Positions 18,709 to 27,600 of a stretch of DNA of 64,000 bases are shown one piece after another (positions within the stretch are counted from its first letter, which is position 1; each line of letters opens with the position of its first letter). The stretch is from Acetofilamentum sp. (GTDB taxonomy: Bacteria > Bacteroidota > Bacteroidia > Bacteroidales > JAADGE01): positions 25,950 through 89,949 of the forward strand of contig DYOF01000001.1 in the NCBI GenBank assembly GCA_020720665.1. Reading direction: 5' to 3'. Below the pieces are notes generated by a model. The model worked only from the letters and a program-made list of their open reading frames with translations. It was not told where the DNA came from and made no database searches. The translations under genes and the position numbers were made by a program.

Positions 18709-19884
18709 TTATTCGAGTTCAAAAAAAACAGCTAATTCATAATCAGACATAACTGCTTTACCTGCTTCATTTAATGCAGGTTGCCATTTAGGCATTTTAT
18801 TTACCATTTCAATGGCAGCGTCATCCAATTCAGTAGTAACGCTTTTAAAAATTCTTATATTCCCGACAGTTCCGTTTTGGTCAATAAAAAACCCAAGGAT
18901 TACTATGCCTTCAATCCCTTCTTTTTTTGCTTTTTTAGGATAATTCAAATTATCCTTTACATATCTTTTTAGGGCTTCAATTCCGTCCGGAAATTGTGGG
19001 GGAACCGCATATTTAAACAGGTTTTTAGTTTCGTTTTCGTCTTTAAAAAACTTGCTGTAATCCGGAATAATTAACCAACGTTCAATGTTTCTTGTTTTTT
19101 GCTCAAATGTAATATATTCTCGTTTAATGATATATGTTAAATTATCAGTAGTTTGCTTTATTTCAGCAGGTAAATCCGATTCATATGTATATTCATTAAA
19201 CAAAGATTTAGCCGGTTCATTATTTTTTAATAAAAGTGATTTAAGTAAGCCCGTTTCATAAATTGCTTTTATTTCGAAATCGGCAGAAGCTTTTTCGCTA
19301 AGGGCATTTTGTTTTATAGAAAAAAATGTTTGTGAAATTAATTGATTTTCAGAATTATATGTTCTTTCCGAAATGCTCTTTATTACATTTGAAGGACCAA
19401 ATATTATTGATTTGTACGCAAAATTTGAATTATGAAATTTAAAGTATTCTTTTGAATTTACATAACCTAATTCATTTGTTTCATTTCTCTCCGCTAATCG
19501 TTCGGATAAATCGTAATAAAATTTATTTTTGTACAAAAGGCGGTCATTTAAAATATGATACGATGAAGTTTTTTGATTTTTGTCATTAAAAAAATACCTA
19601 TATAAATCTGTAATTTTTCTGTTTTTATCAAAGGAAGCTCTTTGAATAATATTCCCGTTTTCATCAATTGAAATCAATTCATATTTTTGAACGGAATCAG
19701 ATAATACACCGTCAGCTATGGTATAATATCTGTTAACAAAAGCGCGTACATTATTTTTTACATAGCTGTTTTTTAAGTCATCAAAAGTGTTTTGAAGATA
19801 AAATGAATCATTTGTTTTGTATTGTGCAGAAACAAATTGAAACGGAATAAATAATAAAAATAAGAAAAACTGTATTGATTTCAT
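18709..19884 (-). CDS. secreted protein with TonB C-terminal domain
   Basis: Signal peptide (MKSIQFFLFLLFIPFQFVSA). The C-terminus PQFPDGIEALKRYVKDNLNYPKKAKKEGIEGIVILGFFIDQNGTVGNIRI... matches the TonB_C pattern. Confidence 0.6.
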   Translation of the reverse strand: MKSIQFFLFLLFIPFQFVSAQYKTNDSFYLQNTFDDLKNSYVKNNVRAFVNRYYTIADGVLSDSVQKYELISIDENGNIIQRASFDKNRKITDLYRYFFNDKNQKTSSYHILNDRLLYKNKFYYDLSERLAERNETNELGYVNSKEYFKFHNSNFAYKSIIFGPSNVIKSISERTYNSENQLISQTFFSIKQNALSEKASADFEIKAIYETGLLKSLLLKNNEPAKSLFNEYTYESDLPAEIKQTTDNLTYIIKREYITFEQKTRNIERWLIIPDYSKFFKDENETKNLFKYAVPPQFPDGIEALKRYVKDNLNYPKKAKKEGIEGIVILGFFIDQNGTVGNIRIFKSVTTELDDAAIEMVNKMPKWQPALNEAGKAVMSDYELAVFFELE

Positions 19885-19947
19885 ATCTTCAAACTTTTGA
19901 TTTGTCTGTGAAATTCCGTAAAAAAAAATTAAATAGAATTTAGTTTC

Positions 19948-19980
19948 AGCGGGGGTGCGGCTTTAAGTCGTACTCCCGCT
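19948..19980 (-). terminator. GC-rich hairpin, possible terminator for the small ORF/TPR transcription unit
   Basis: AGCGGGGGT (19948-19956) pairs with ACTCCCGCT (19972-19980): 9 bp including one G-U. It lies 45 nt downstream of the minus-strand ORF at 20025-20189. There is no tight U-run, hence low confidence. Confidence 0.35.
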
Positions 19981-20024
19981 TTCTTAGCAAAGAAACGCTT
20001 AGTTAATAAAACGTTTTTTAATTT

Positions 20025-20189
20025 TTAAAATTTGGGTTTACGTTGAATGAAATATAATATAATTCCGATAATCGGAATTACAAGTACAACGGCAGCCCAT
20101 AACCAATAGTTCATACGGCGTTCTTTTGCATCTTGAAAAACTAATAAAGCAAATAGTATTTGAGCAATAAACGGAATAATTCGAATCAT
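20025..20189 (-). CDS. small membrane protein with PLD-nuclease N-terminal (PLDc_N-like) motif; absent from ORF track (<60 aa)
   Basis: Hand translation: MIRIIPFIAQILFALLVFQDAKERRMNYWLWAAVVLVIPIIGIILYFIQRKPKF*. It has two TM helices and a D-x-K-x-R...W-x-W...P-x-x-G...Y pattern typical of these short proteins. Confidence 0.6.
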   Translation of the reverse strand: MIRIIPFIAQILFALLVFQDAKERRMNYWLWAAVVLVIPIIGIILYFIQRKPKF

Positions 20190-20248
20190 ATTTATAAAGT
20201 TTTTAAATTCGCCGTAAAAATAATATTTTTTTATAATACGAAAGACAA

Positions 20249-22066
20249 TTAATCAGTTTCTTCTCTGATTTTTCTGAATCTTCTTCGGGCATCAGAAACA
20301 TATATGCTTTCAGGGTGTTCCAGCATAAGTTTTTTATAATATTCGGCGGCTTCTGTTTTGTTTTTAATTTTATCGTCAAACATCACGGCTAAATTATATA
20401 ATGCAACATCAGACAGAATACCCCAATTATATTCAGTAAATACTTTTTTATAATACTGTTCGGCTTGCGGAAAATCTTTTTCAGATTCAAATATTTTGGC
20501 TTTTAAAAAATAAGCATCATCAATGATTTGATGGTTCGGATTGTGATTTATTAAACTGTCTAAAATCATCAAAGATGAATCGTTTTGGTGTCTGAATTTT
20601 AATAGTTCCGCTCTTGCAAATGCTTTTAATCCTGTTTGTAAAGAGTCATTTTCAATATTTTCTGAAATATGAATTGAATAGAATAAAGCATCATTTGCAA
20701 CCGGTTTTGACGTGCTGGCTTTCAGTGCATCAAATTGTGCTTTTGCCCATTGAAAATTTTCGACGAAGTAGGCTAATTTCGCCTTTCGTAACTTTGCCTC
20801 ATCACCTATGGTGTTCTCTTTATTTTCATGTTCGGCTTGTCCGTAGATTAAAGCCGCATAATCTAAATCATTTTTAAAAATTAAAACATCTCCTAATCCA
20901 ATTTTACACCTTCCGGCTGATTGTTTATCTAATCCTCTTATATTTACAGCATCGGTTAATAATTTTTCGGCTTCTTCGGCTTTATTCAAATAAAATGTTT
21001 GAAGTTGAGCTAATTCAAAAATAGTTTCAATTGTGTTTTGACCAACACCAAAATTTATAAGTGCTAAATTATATTCCTCTTCAAGTTTAATAATTTCTTC
21101 AACCGGTTTATTTTCGCCGTTTTCTAATTGACTAAATTTTATACTTAAAATACCTAAACGGGCAGGAATAAAATATGCCGTTTTAAGACCTTTTTCAATA
21201 ACATATTCATAGGCTTTAACTGCCGTTTCGTATTCATCATTCATTTTTGCCGTTTCAGCCAATTGAATAATATTTTTTCCGTTTGAATTTAATCGTTTAT
21301 CAATTGCAATTTCTTGTATTAACGCATTTCCGAATTCTTTACGTTGCATGTAATACCAAACCAAAAAATTGTTAAATACGATTTTAGAATTTATTTTTTG
21401 AATTCGTTTTAATAATTGGACTTTCAAAATATCCGAAAATTCATTATTTACATCAGAATTGAGAAAGTACTGCATTTGGTTTTGAATGATTGTCAGATTC
21501 AAATCCGATAATTCCAAAAAGTCCAAATATTCGTTAATCATTTCAGGATATTTCCTTTGAATTGCATATAAATTTGCCATTTCGTTTTGAAACAAATCAG
21601 AACTTATTGCTCGACCTTTTAAATATGTTTTTTCGGCAAATTCATATTCTTTCCTGTAAATAAATGCGGCTGCTGTTGTTTTTATCATTACAGGGTTTTG
21701 CGGAAGGTTTTTAATAACTTTATTGTTATATTTATCTGCTTCTTCATTTTTGTTCTGTTTTTTGTATATGTATGCTAAATCAATCAGATAAGTCGGTTCA
21801 TTATTGTTTTTGCGAATTTGTTTTTTTATTTCATTTTCAGCTTCCTCAAATTTGCTGAGTTCTGTTAAACAATCGATATAATAAGTAAAATATATTTTTG
21901 CTCCTGTTTTTTCAAAAATTCGCTTAAATAAAACCTCTGCTTTGTCAAATTCTTTGCCGTTATAGTATTCATAGGCTAAGCGAATATCGTTTCCTGTATT
22001 TTCTTGCGAAAAAACTTGAATCATTAAAACAAAGCTGAACAAAAATAATATCAATTGCTTATACAT
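20249..22066 (-). CDS. secreted tetratricopeptide-repeat (TPR) protein
   Basis: 605 aa with a signal peptide. It has many 34-aa-type repeats with the A/Y/F spacing typical of TPR (e.g. AYEYYNGKEFDKAEVLFKRI, AEYYKKLMLEHPES). Confidence 0.7.
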   Translation of the reverse strand: MYKQLILFLFSFVLMIQVFSQENTGNDIRLAYEYYNGKEFDKAEVLFKRIFEKTGAKIYFTYYIDCLTELSKFEEAENEIKKQIRKNNNEPTYLIDLAYIYKKQNKNEEADKYNNKVIKNLPQNPVMIKTTAAAFIYRKEYEFAEKTYLKGRAISSDLFQNEMANLYAIQRKYPEMINEYLDFLELSDLNLTIIQNQMQYFLNSDVNNEFSDILKVQLLKRIQKINSKIVFNNFLVWYYMQRKEFGNALIQEIAIDKRLNSNGKNIIQLAETAKMNDEYETAVKAYEYVIEKGLKTAYFIPARLGILSIKFSQLENGENKPVEEIIKLEEEYNLALINFGVGQNTIETIFELAQLQTFYLNKAEEAEKLLTDAVNIRGLDKQSAGRCKIGLGDVLIFKNDLDYAALIYGQAEHENKENTIGDEAKLRKAKLAYFVENFQWAKAQFDALKASTSKPVANDALFYSIHISENIENDSLQTGLKAFARAELLKFRHQNDSSLMILDSLINHNPNHQIIDDAYFLKAKIFESEKDFPQAEQYYKKVFTEYNWGILSDVALYNLAVMFDDKIKNKTEAAEYYKKLMLEHPESIYVSDARRRFRKIREETD

Positions 22067-22233
22067 ACGAATAAACTTTTAAACGGAGTTTCAAACCTAC
22101 AAGTTTTTTTGCTAATATCACAATAACAATTAAAAAAACATACGATTGCAGGCTTTGTATCTGTTTATAAGATATGTTTGTTTAATATTTAAACTCATTT
22201 TGATGAAGTTTATTTATAACACAACATTTTTTA

Positions 22234-22241
22234 TATATTTG
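22234..22241 (+). promoter_or_regulatory. candidate -7 promoter box (TAnnTTTG)
   Basis: TATATTTG, 23 nt before the ATG at 22264. Confidence 0.35.
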
Positions 22242-22263
22242 AATAATATTTTTTTAAATAAAC

Positions 22264-22509
22264 ATGTCTTTTTTTGGAAAAAACATCAGAAAAATCAGAA
22301 TCGCAAAAAAGATGACTCAAACAGAATTTGCAGAGTTATTTGATTTGAAGAGAACATCTTTGGGGTCATATGAAGAGGGCAGAGCCGAACCAAAAATTGA
22401 TACTGTAATAAAAATAGCCGATTATTTCAGACTCAGCTTGGATCAATTGCTGAGAGCCGAATTAACAATAAATGATATTTTCCATTTTAAGGCTATTACA
22501 GGGGAATGA
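22264..22509 (+). CDS. XRE-family helix-turn-helix transcriptional regulator
   Basis: 81 aa. IRKIRIAKKMTQTEFAELFDLKRTSLGSYEEGRAEPKIDTVIKIADYFRLSLDQLL is a canonical HTH_3/Cro-C1 pattern. Confidence 0.8.
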   Translation: MSFFGKNIRKIRIAKKMTQTEFAELFDLKRTSLGSYEEGRAEPKIDTVIKIADYFRLSLDQLLRAELTINDIFHFKAITGE

Positions 22510-22610
22510 AGAATGTTTAAGTAAATTTTCATTAAGTCCTTATAATAAATTATTTATGTTTTGTTTTTTCGTTTTTTTTTCATATTATTGTATGACATAA
22601 AATTATTATC

Positions 22611-23189
22611 ATGAAAATAAACTCCGGGTTTTTCGTCTTCCTGTTATTGCTTTGGATGTCCGGCTCAACCTATTGGTATGTTTGTAAGATTAAACATTAT
22701 TGTGACAAAACAGAACTTTCTGATACTTCTGACAATAAACATTCTGATGATGTTCTTATTTCAATAGTACCTGATTCTAAAACTCAAGCAGGTCAAGACA
22801 CATCAAACCGAAAAAAACTTCAAATAATAAAAAATCAACTTCTTGAAGGCTATGTTGTTTATGATTTTCCTAAAAATTGCGGAGAACACAATAAAATTGA
22901 AGATGCTTTTTTTGAATTCGGTGAAAATTTAAAACTTTATTTAAACGAAAATAATGAATCAAAAATAATTATTATCGGACACACAGATAATGTCGGAACA
23001 AATTCTGCAAATTTAGCTTTCGGATTTAAAAGGGCTTCATTCATCAAATCAAAACTGATTGAAACCGGAATTCCGGAGGAATGTTTTATAATTGATTCCA
23101 AGGGCGAAACTCAACCGACAGAAACAAATGAAACACCAACCGGAAGAGCCAAAAACAGGCGTGTTGTAATAAAATTATCAGTTAATTAA
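22611..23189 (+). CDS. membrane-anchored OmpA-family peptidoglycan-binding protein
   Basis: N-terminal TM. C-terminal OmpA_C pattern IIIIGHTDNVGTNSANLAFGFKRASFIKSKLIETGI...GRAKNRRVVIKL. Confidence 0.75.
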   Translation: MKINSGFFVFLLLLWMSGSTYWYVCKIKHYCDKTELSDTSDNKHSDDVLISIVPDSKTQAGQDTSNRKKLQIIKNQLLEGYVVYDFPKNCGEHNKIEDAFFEFGENLKLYLNENNESKIIIIGHTDNVGTNSANLAFGFKRASFIKSKLIETGIPEECFIIDSKGETQPTETNETPTGRAKNRRVVIKLSVN

Positions 23190-23201
23190 AATAATAAAAA
23201 C

Positions 23202-23825
23202 ATGACAGAACACATTTTTGAAATCGTAATTATGTTGCTCGGAACTGCTATCTTAGGTTTTTTAATTGCATGGTTTTGGAGAAATAATAAAATAGAAGAA
23301 TTAGAGCAATATATCAGAGCAATTGAAGATAAAAATAATCGTTTGCAAGCGGAATATAACAAAATTGAGCAAAAATTAATAGATTGCCAAACAGAAAAAA
23401 AGAAAAAAGAAGCTGTAATCGGTGAATTTGAAAAACGTTTGGCAGAATGTCAAGCGAATTTGATAGTTTCAGATTTGAATCTTTTCAAAACCGAAAGTGA
23501 AATTAAAAAGATTGTTAAACCTAAAAAACAATCAAAAGCAATTAAATCGGTAAAGACAGATAAAATTTCAGATAATTTGACAAAAATTGAGGGCATAGGT
23601 CCGAAAATATCAAGTATTTTGAAAAGTGCCGGCATAGATACTTATAAAAAATTATCTTTGACAAAGCCTACAAAAATTTCAGAACTATTAATACAGGCAG
23701 GAGGAAATTCTTATAATCGATTTGATCCGGCTACTTGGCCCAATCAAGCAAAATTAGCTGACCAAGCCAAATGGGATGAATTAAAAAAATGGCAAGATGA
23801 ATTAAAAGGCGGAAAGAAAGAATGA
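23202..23825 (+). CDS. membrane-anchored coiled-coil protein with C-terminal helix-hairpin-helix-like domain
   Basis: N-terminal TM (IVIMLLGTAILGFLIAWFW), coiled-coil segment (EELEQYIRAIEDKNNRLQAEYNKIEQKL) and HhH-like LTKIEGIGPKISSILKSAGIDTYKKL. It lies 12 bp after the OmpA-like gene. Confidence 0.5.
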   Translation: MTEHIFEIVIMLLGTAILGFLIAWFWRNNKIEELEQYIRAIEDKNNRLQAEYNKIEQKLIDCQTEKKKKEAVIGEFEKRLAECQANLIVSDLNLFKTESEIKKIVKPKKQSKAIKSVKTDKISDNLTKIEGIGPKISSILKSAGIDTYKKLSLTKPTKISELLIQAGGNSYNRFDPATWPNQAKLADQAKWDELKKWQDELKGGKKE

Positions 23826-23855
23826 CGACATGAGCCGATTTCGTTAACTTAATAA

Positions 23856-24212
23856 TTAAAAAACACCCGAATTCAGCATAACCAAAGTACAGTTATTTAT
23901 TGTTTCAATATGTTTTTCTTTTGCCATGAATGATAATTTCGAATTTTCTGTGCCGGGATTAAAAATTAGTCGTTTTGGGTTTAATGAAAAAATATAATCG
24001 TAATATTCCGGTTGATTTTGTATGCCGATATATAATGAAATTGTATGAACATCATTCACATAAGGTTTGCCGGTAAGTATTTCAGAGCCTGATATTTGAC
24101 CTTTCCTGATACCGATAGGTATTACTTCATGCTCATACCTTTTTAATAAAACAACGGCTTTATATGAAAATCGTTCGGGTTTCGGAACGGCGCCTATTAC
24201 TATTGTTTTCAC
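23856..24212 (-). CDS. CoA-binding domain protein (YccU-like)
   Basis: 118 aa. MKTIVIGAVPKPERFSYKAVVLLKRYEHEVIPIG fits the small CoA-binding family. Confidence 0.65.
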   Translation of the reverse strand: MKTIVIGAVPKPERFSYKAVVLLKRYEHEVIPIGIRKGQISGSEILTGKPYVNDVHTISLYIGIQNQPEYYDYIFSLNPKRLIFNPGTENSKLSFMAKEKHIETINNCTLVMLNSGVF

Positions 24213-24301
24213 CTGTCTATAAATTTGTAAAAAAAATTGAATGACGATATTATAAAAAAATATCGAAAACGAATAAAGTTTTTTTCAATTTAAAAATAAA
24301 C

Positions 24302-24309
24302 TACTTTTG
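24302..24309 (+). promoter_or_regulatory. candidate -7 promoter box (TAnnTTTG)
   Basis: TACTTTTG, 19 nt before the ATG at 24328. Confidence 0.35.
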
Positions 24310-24327
24310 ATTTTTTAAAATCAAATT

Positions 24328-24831
24328 ATGAAAATAGAAAAAAATAAAGTAGTTGCTGTAAGTTATGAACTTCGAATATCAGAAAACAGTGAAGAAATTG
24401 TTGATGTAGCATATGACGACGACCCCTTAGAATTTATTTTCGGAAGCGGTATGATGTTGCAAAAATTTGAAGATAATTTAGAAGGTTTATCAAAAGGTGA
24501 CACTTTTGAGTTAAAATTAAGCATCGATGAAGGTTATGGCGACAGAAACGAAGATTTTATATCAGAAATTCCAAAAGAAATATTTGAACAAAACGGAAAA
24601 ATAGAAGACGGTTTATTAGATGTCGGGAATATTATTCCGATGCAAGATGAAAACGGAAATCACTTTAACGGACAAGTGATTGAATCAGATAATCAAATGA
24701 TTAAGATGGATTTTAACCACCCGCTTGCAGGAGAAGAATTGTATTTTTCAGGAAAAATTTTAAATGTAAGAGTAGCTACAAAACAAGAAATGAAACACGG
24801 GCACGTACATTCACACGGACACGATCATTAA
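24328..24831 (+). CDS. slyD: FKBP-type peptidyl-prolyl isomerase SlyD
   Basis: 167 aa. VVAVSYELR..., IF-domain insert, FNHPLAGEELYFSGKILNVR and a His-rich tail HGHVHSHGHDH. Confidence 0.8.
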   Translation: MKIEKNKVVAVSYELRISENSEEIVDVAYDDDPLEFIFGSGMMLQKFEDNLEGLSKGDTFELKLSIDEGYGDRNEDFISEIPKEIFEQNGKIEDGLLDVGNIIPMQDENGNHFNGQVIESDNQMIKMDFNHPLAGEELYFSGKILNVRVATKQEMKHGHVHSHGHDH

Positions 24832-24839
24832 TTAAAGGT

Positions 24840-24877
24840 ATAATAAATCCGAATTTAACAAAGTTCGGATTTATTAT
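24840..24877. terminator. bidirectional hairpin terminator between convergent slyD and amidohydrolase genes
   Basis: Perfect 14-bp stem: ATAATAAATCCGAA (24840-24853) pairs with TTCGGATTTATTAT (24864-24877), with a 10-nt loop. It overlaps the stop codon of the minus-strand gene. Confidence 0.6.
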
Positions 24878-26058
24878 GCTAAAGGCTGAACTTTACTCGA
24901 TTCTTGAAGGTTCATGTTTGTAAAGTCAAAGGATTTTATTAAATTTATACCCGGACTTTTACCGACTTCAATACTCCCGAATTTACGGTTGATATTTAAT
25001 GCTTTTGCCCCGTTTAAACAGGCTGATTCAATCAATTTCGAAAACGGAATATCGGGAAAATGTTTAACAATTATCTTAAGTTCACTTAAAATTGATAATT
25101 CGGTATTTGATGCATAACTGTCTGTACCGATACATGTTTTTACTCCCATATCAAAAAACAATTTTATATCGGGAAGCGTATTTTCAATATACAGATTTGA
25201 CAGAGGACAAAATACCCAATACACATTATTTGAAAAATTTTCTGCAAAACTAATGTTTTCATTTCCTGTAAACGTGTTGTGTATCAGCAATATATTGTCT
25301 TTCGGACGTTGTTTGTTTAAAGTATGTTCAATTGCACTTTTTTCATAAAAGTTAAAATCTGCAAATTCAAAGTTTTTTCTTCGTAAAACTTCGGCTAATG
25401 CTCCTTTTTTTGACCTAATGAATGTGTCTTCACTCTCAGTTTCTTGGTTATGAACAGAAATAATTTGTTTTGATTCCGGTCTGTTGTGAATTATCGTTTG
25501 GTATAATGCATCAGGCACTGAATATGCCGCATGAGGTACAATTGTTCCGTTCAGGCTAAAATTTTTAAGTAAATTCAAATTCTGAACGGCTTTTTCATAA
25601 GTGCTTTGGGCTGTTTGGTTATTGATTGTTAAAACCTCAATAAATGTATGATAAAATAAAGCACTTTCTTTTTTTATTTTAAAACTGTCATCGGTATTTG
25701 AAATATCACCTACGGCAACAATACCGTTTCTTTTCATTTCTGAATCCGCATTTATAATTTTTTCTTGCAAATTATCCGGAAAATTTCGTTTGCTGATAAT
25801 TTCGTCAATAAAACCCGGCAAACCTCTGCTTGTATCTTGCTTAATAAGCCCTTTCATATGTGATAATTCAAGATGGCAGTGTGCATTTACAAATCCCGGA
25901 ACAATAACACCTGAAAAATATTCAAGAGATTCTGTTTCTTTTAATTTTCCGTTTGTGTTTATAACATTTAAAATTTCTCCTTTAGAATCAATTTCAATAA
26001 TACCGTTTTTCAGAACAGATGTTCCCGTGAAAATATACGGAGCGGATAGTCTTCTCAT
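24874..26058 (-). CDS. metal-dependent amidohydrolase (chlorohydrolase/deaminase-like)
   Basis: 394 aa. It has the HxH metal motif GFVNAHCHLELS and later H/D ligand blocks (VHNQE, GTDS). Substrate is not assignable. Confidence 0.7.
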   Translation of the reverse strand: MRRLSAPYIFTGTSVLKNGIIEIDSKGEILNVINTNGKLKETESLEYFSGVIVPGFVNAHCHLELSHMKGLIKQDTSRGLPGFIDEIISKRNFPDNLQEKIINADSEMKRNGIVAVGDISNTDDSFKIKKESALFYHTFIEVLTINNQTAQSTYEKAVQNLNLLKNFSLNGTIVPHAAYSVPDALYQTIIHNRPESKQIISVHNQETESEDTFIRSKKGALAEVLRRKNFEFADFNFYEKSAIEHTLNKQRPKDNILLIHNTFTGNENISFAENFSNNVYWVFCPLSNLYIENTLPDIKLFFDMGVKTCIGTDSYASNTELSILSELKIIVKHFPDIPFSKLIESACLNGAKALNINRKFGSIEVGKSPGINLIKSFDFTNMNLQESSKVQPLA

Positions 26059-26060
26059 TT

Positions 26061-26426
26061 TTAGGGATTATCAATAAGTTTGTTTTCCTTTGTTTTTTTA
26101 TAATAATTTGATTGGGAGCGATTGCATCTTGATAATCTGTCAAAGCTTTTCAGAATACCTATAAACACATTTTTTTTAACTGAAATTGCCGCATACTCTG
26201 AGCAAGAAGGACTATACGGGCAATCTTCATTGTCTTGTGAAGAAATAAAATACTTATAGAGCTTAATGAGTTTGAAGTTGTTTTTTAAAGGCTGATGAGT
26301 TTTGCTGATGGTAAGGAGGTTGTAGTACTTTGCGGAATAATCAATTTTTTCACTTTGTGAAAAAGCAATCATCTTTAAAAAAAAGAACCCGAAAAGGAAT
26401 AGTATATTAAGGGCATAATACTTCAT
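26061..26426 (-). CDS. YidD-like membrane protein insertion efficiency factor with N-terminal extension
   Basis: YidD core LIKLYKYFISSQDNEDCPYSPSCSEYAAISVKKNVFIGILKSFDRLSRCN, preceded by a hydrophobic signal/TM segment. Confidence 0.6.
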   Translation of the reverse strand: MKYYALNILFLFGFFFLKMIAFSQSEKIDYSAKYYNLLTISKTHQPLKNNFKLIKLYKYFISSQDNEDCPYSPSCSEYAAISVKKNVFIGILKSFDRLSRCNRSQSNYYKKTKENKLIDNP

Positions 26427-26435
26427 TCAAAAGTT

Positions 26436-26822
26436 TTACGCATTGAACATCAGATGTTTATTAATTGCAAATTCAATGTTTAGTTCTAAACTGGTTTTAT
26501 AAACCGGTTTGGTCATAAACCCGTATGTATTTTTTAAAACAGCTCGTTTAACTGTGTTAACATCACTGACGCCTGAGATATAAATAATCGGAATATTAAA
26601 ATTTTCAGATATGACTTTTGCAGTTTCAACACCGTCTATTTTACCTGATAAATGGATATCCATCAGAATTAAGTCAGGTTTTTTATTTTTACAAAGCTCC
26701 AAAGCTTCTTCACCCGAAGAAACCGTTCCGCAGTGTGAATAAGCTAACTCGTCAAGAAACATCTCAAAAACCGTACATAACATACTGTCATCTTCAACGA
26801 TTAATATTTTTGGTTTACTCAT
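26436..26822 (-). CDS. stand-alone response-regulator receiver (CheY-like)
   Basis: 128 aa with canonical REC residues: ILIVEDD, phospho-acceptor LILMDIHL, YISG, TKP. Confidence 0.85.
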   Translation of the reverse strand: MSKPKILIVEDDSMLCTVFEMFLDELAYSHCGTVSSGEEALELCKNKKPDLILMDIHLSGKIDGVETAKVISENFNIPIIYISGVSDVNTVKRAVLKNTYGFMTKPVYKTSLELNIEFAINKHLMFNA

Positions 26823-26869
26823 TAATAGGTAATTAATTTGTGTGTAAAGTTAATAAAAATATCTGTTAA

Positions 26870-27535
26870 TTAAAATCTCATGTCAATTATTTCAATACCT
26901 TTAGGAAATTTTTTTTCATCAAAAATAAATAACTGTTCTGATATTTTTATGTCAGGTTTTATTTCAGATACTGTAAGAAAATGATTAAGTCCGGATTTTC
27001 CGTATGTTTCAACAGAATAGATTTCATTTTCAATTTTATCCACTCTGATTCTAATTTTAGAATAAGGACTTTCAGATGATTTTTCAGGAAACAAATCTAT
27101 TACATTAAATATTTTTTTCTCTGTTTGTTCTTCCCCTATTAATAAATATTTATAGCCGGTTTCATAAATTGTAAATAATTTTGCAGGGTTAAAAATAGAT
27201 TCTTCATCAGGACCCGGTTCGGTAATTGTAATTTCATTACTTTCTTTCATATATGTCCAAACCGTTTTACCATCTGAAAATATTTCAGTTCCGGGGATAA
27301 TGATTTTATATTTCTTAGCTTGTAAAAAAGCATAACCGGTATGATTTTCTTTAAGCCCGTTTTGTTTATTCTCAACCAAATAGTCAAATTTTATTCTCAA
27401 ACTATTATATGATTTTGTTTTTTTTGCAAGAGCGTCTAAAACTTTTTTTGCTTTGGGATCTTTGTTTAGTTCAACTTGTGAAAATGCAAAGGACATGCTT
27501 AAAAATACAAGGGATGATAAAAACAAATATTTCAT
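26870..27535 (-). CDS. LolA-like outer-membrane lipoprotein carrier protein
   Basis: Signal peptide MKYLFLSSLVFLSMSFAFS. Its size and position directly downstream of ftsK are as in many Bacteroidota. ATG 27535 is preferred to the track TTG 27562. Confidence 0.65.
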   Translation of the reverse strand: MKYLFLSSLVFLSMSFAFSQVELNKDPKAKKVLDALAKKTKSYNSLRIKFDYLVENKQNGLKENHTGYAFLQAKKYKIIIPGTEIFSDGKTVWTYMKESNEITITEPGPDEESIFNPAKLFTIYETGYKYLLIGEEQTEKKIFNVIDLFPEKSSESPYSKIRIRVDKIENEIYSVETYGKSGLNHFLTVSEIKPDIKISEQLFIFDEKKFPKGIEIIDMRF

Positions 27536-27600
27536 AGTGTTTGATTTATTTAAATTAAACAAAAAATGTACCGATTAAATGGTATCAGTTTTTAATTGAA

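Noticed and set aside
22146-22343. 65-aa ORF overlapping the 5' end of the XRE regulator
   Set aside because: It has low-complexity Phe/Ile/Lys/Asn composition typical of AT-rich intergenic DNA, overlaps the promoter box and start of a well-supported gene, and shows no motifs.
22611-23189. Idea that the TM + OmpA_C protein is a MotB-like stator subunit
   Set aside because: The TM helix (FFVFLLLLWMSGSTYWYVC) lacks the conserved proton-binding Asp of MotB/ExbD/TolR, and there is no MotA/ExbB/TolQ-like gene adjacent.
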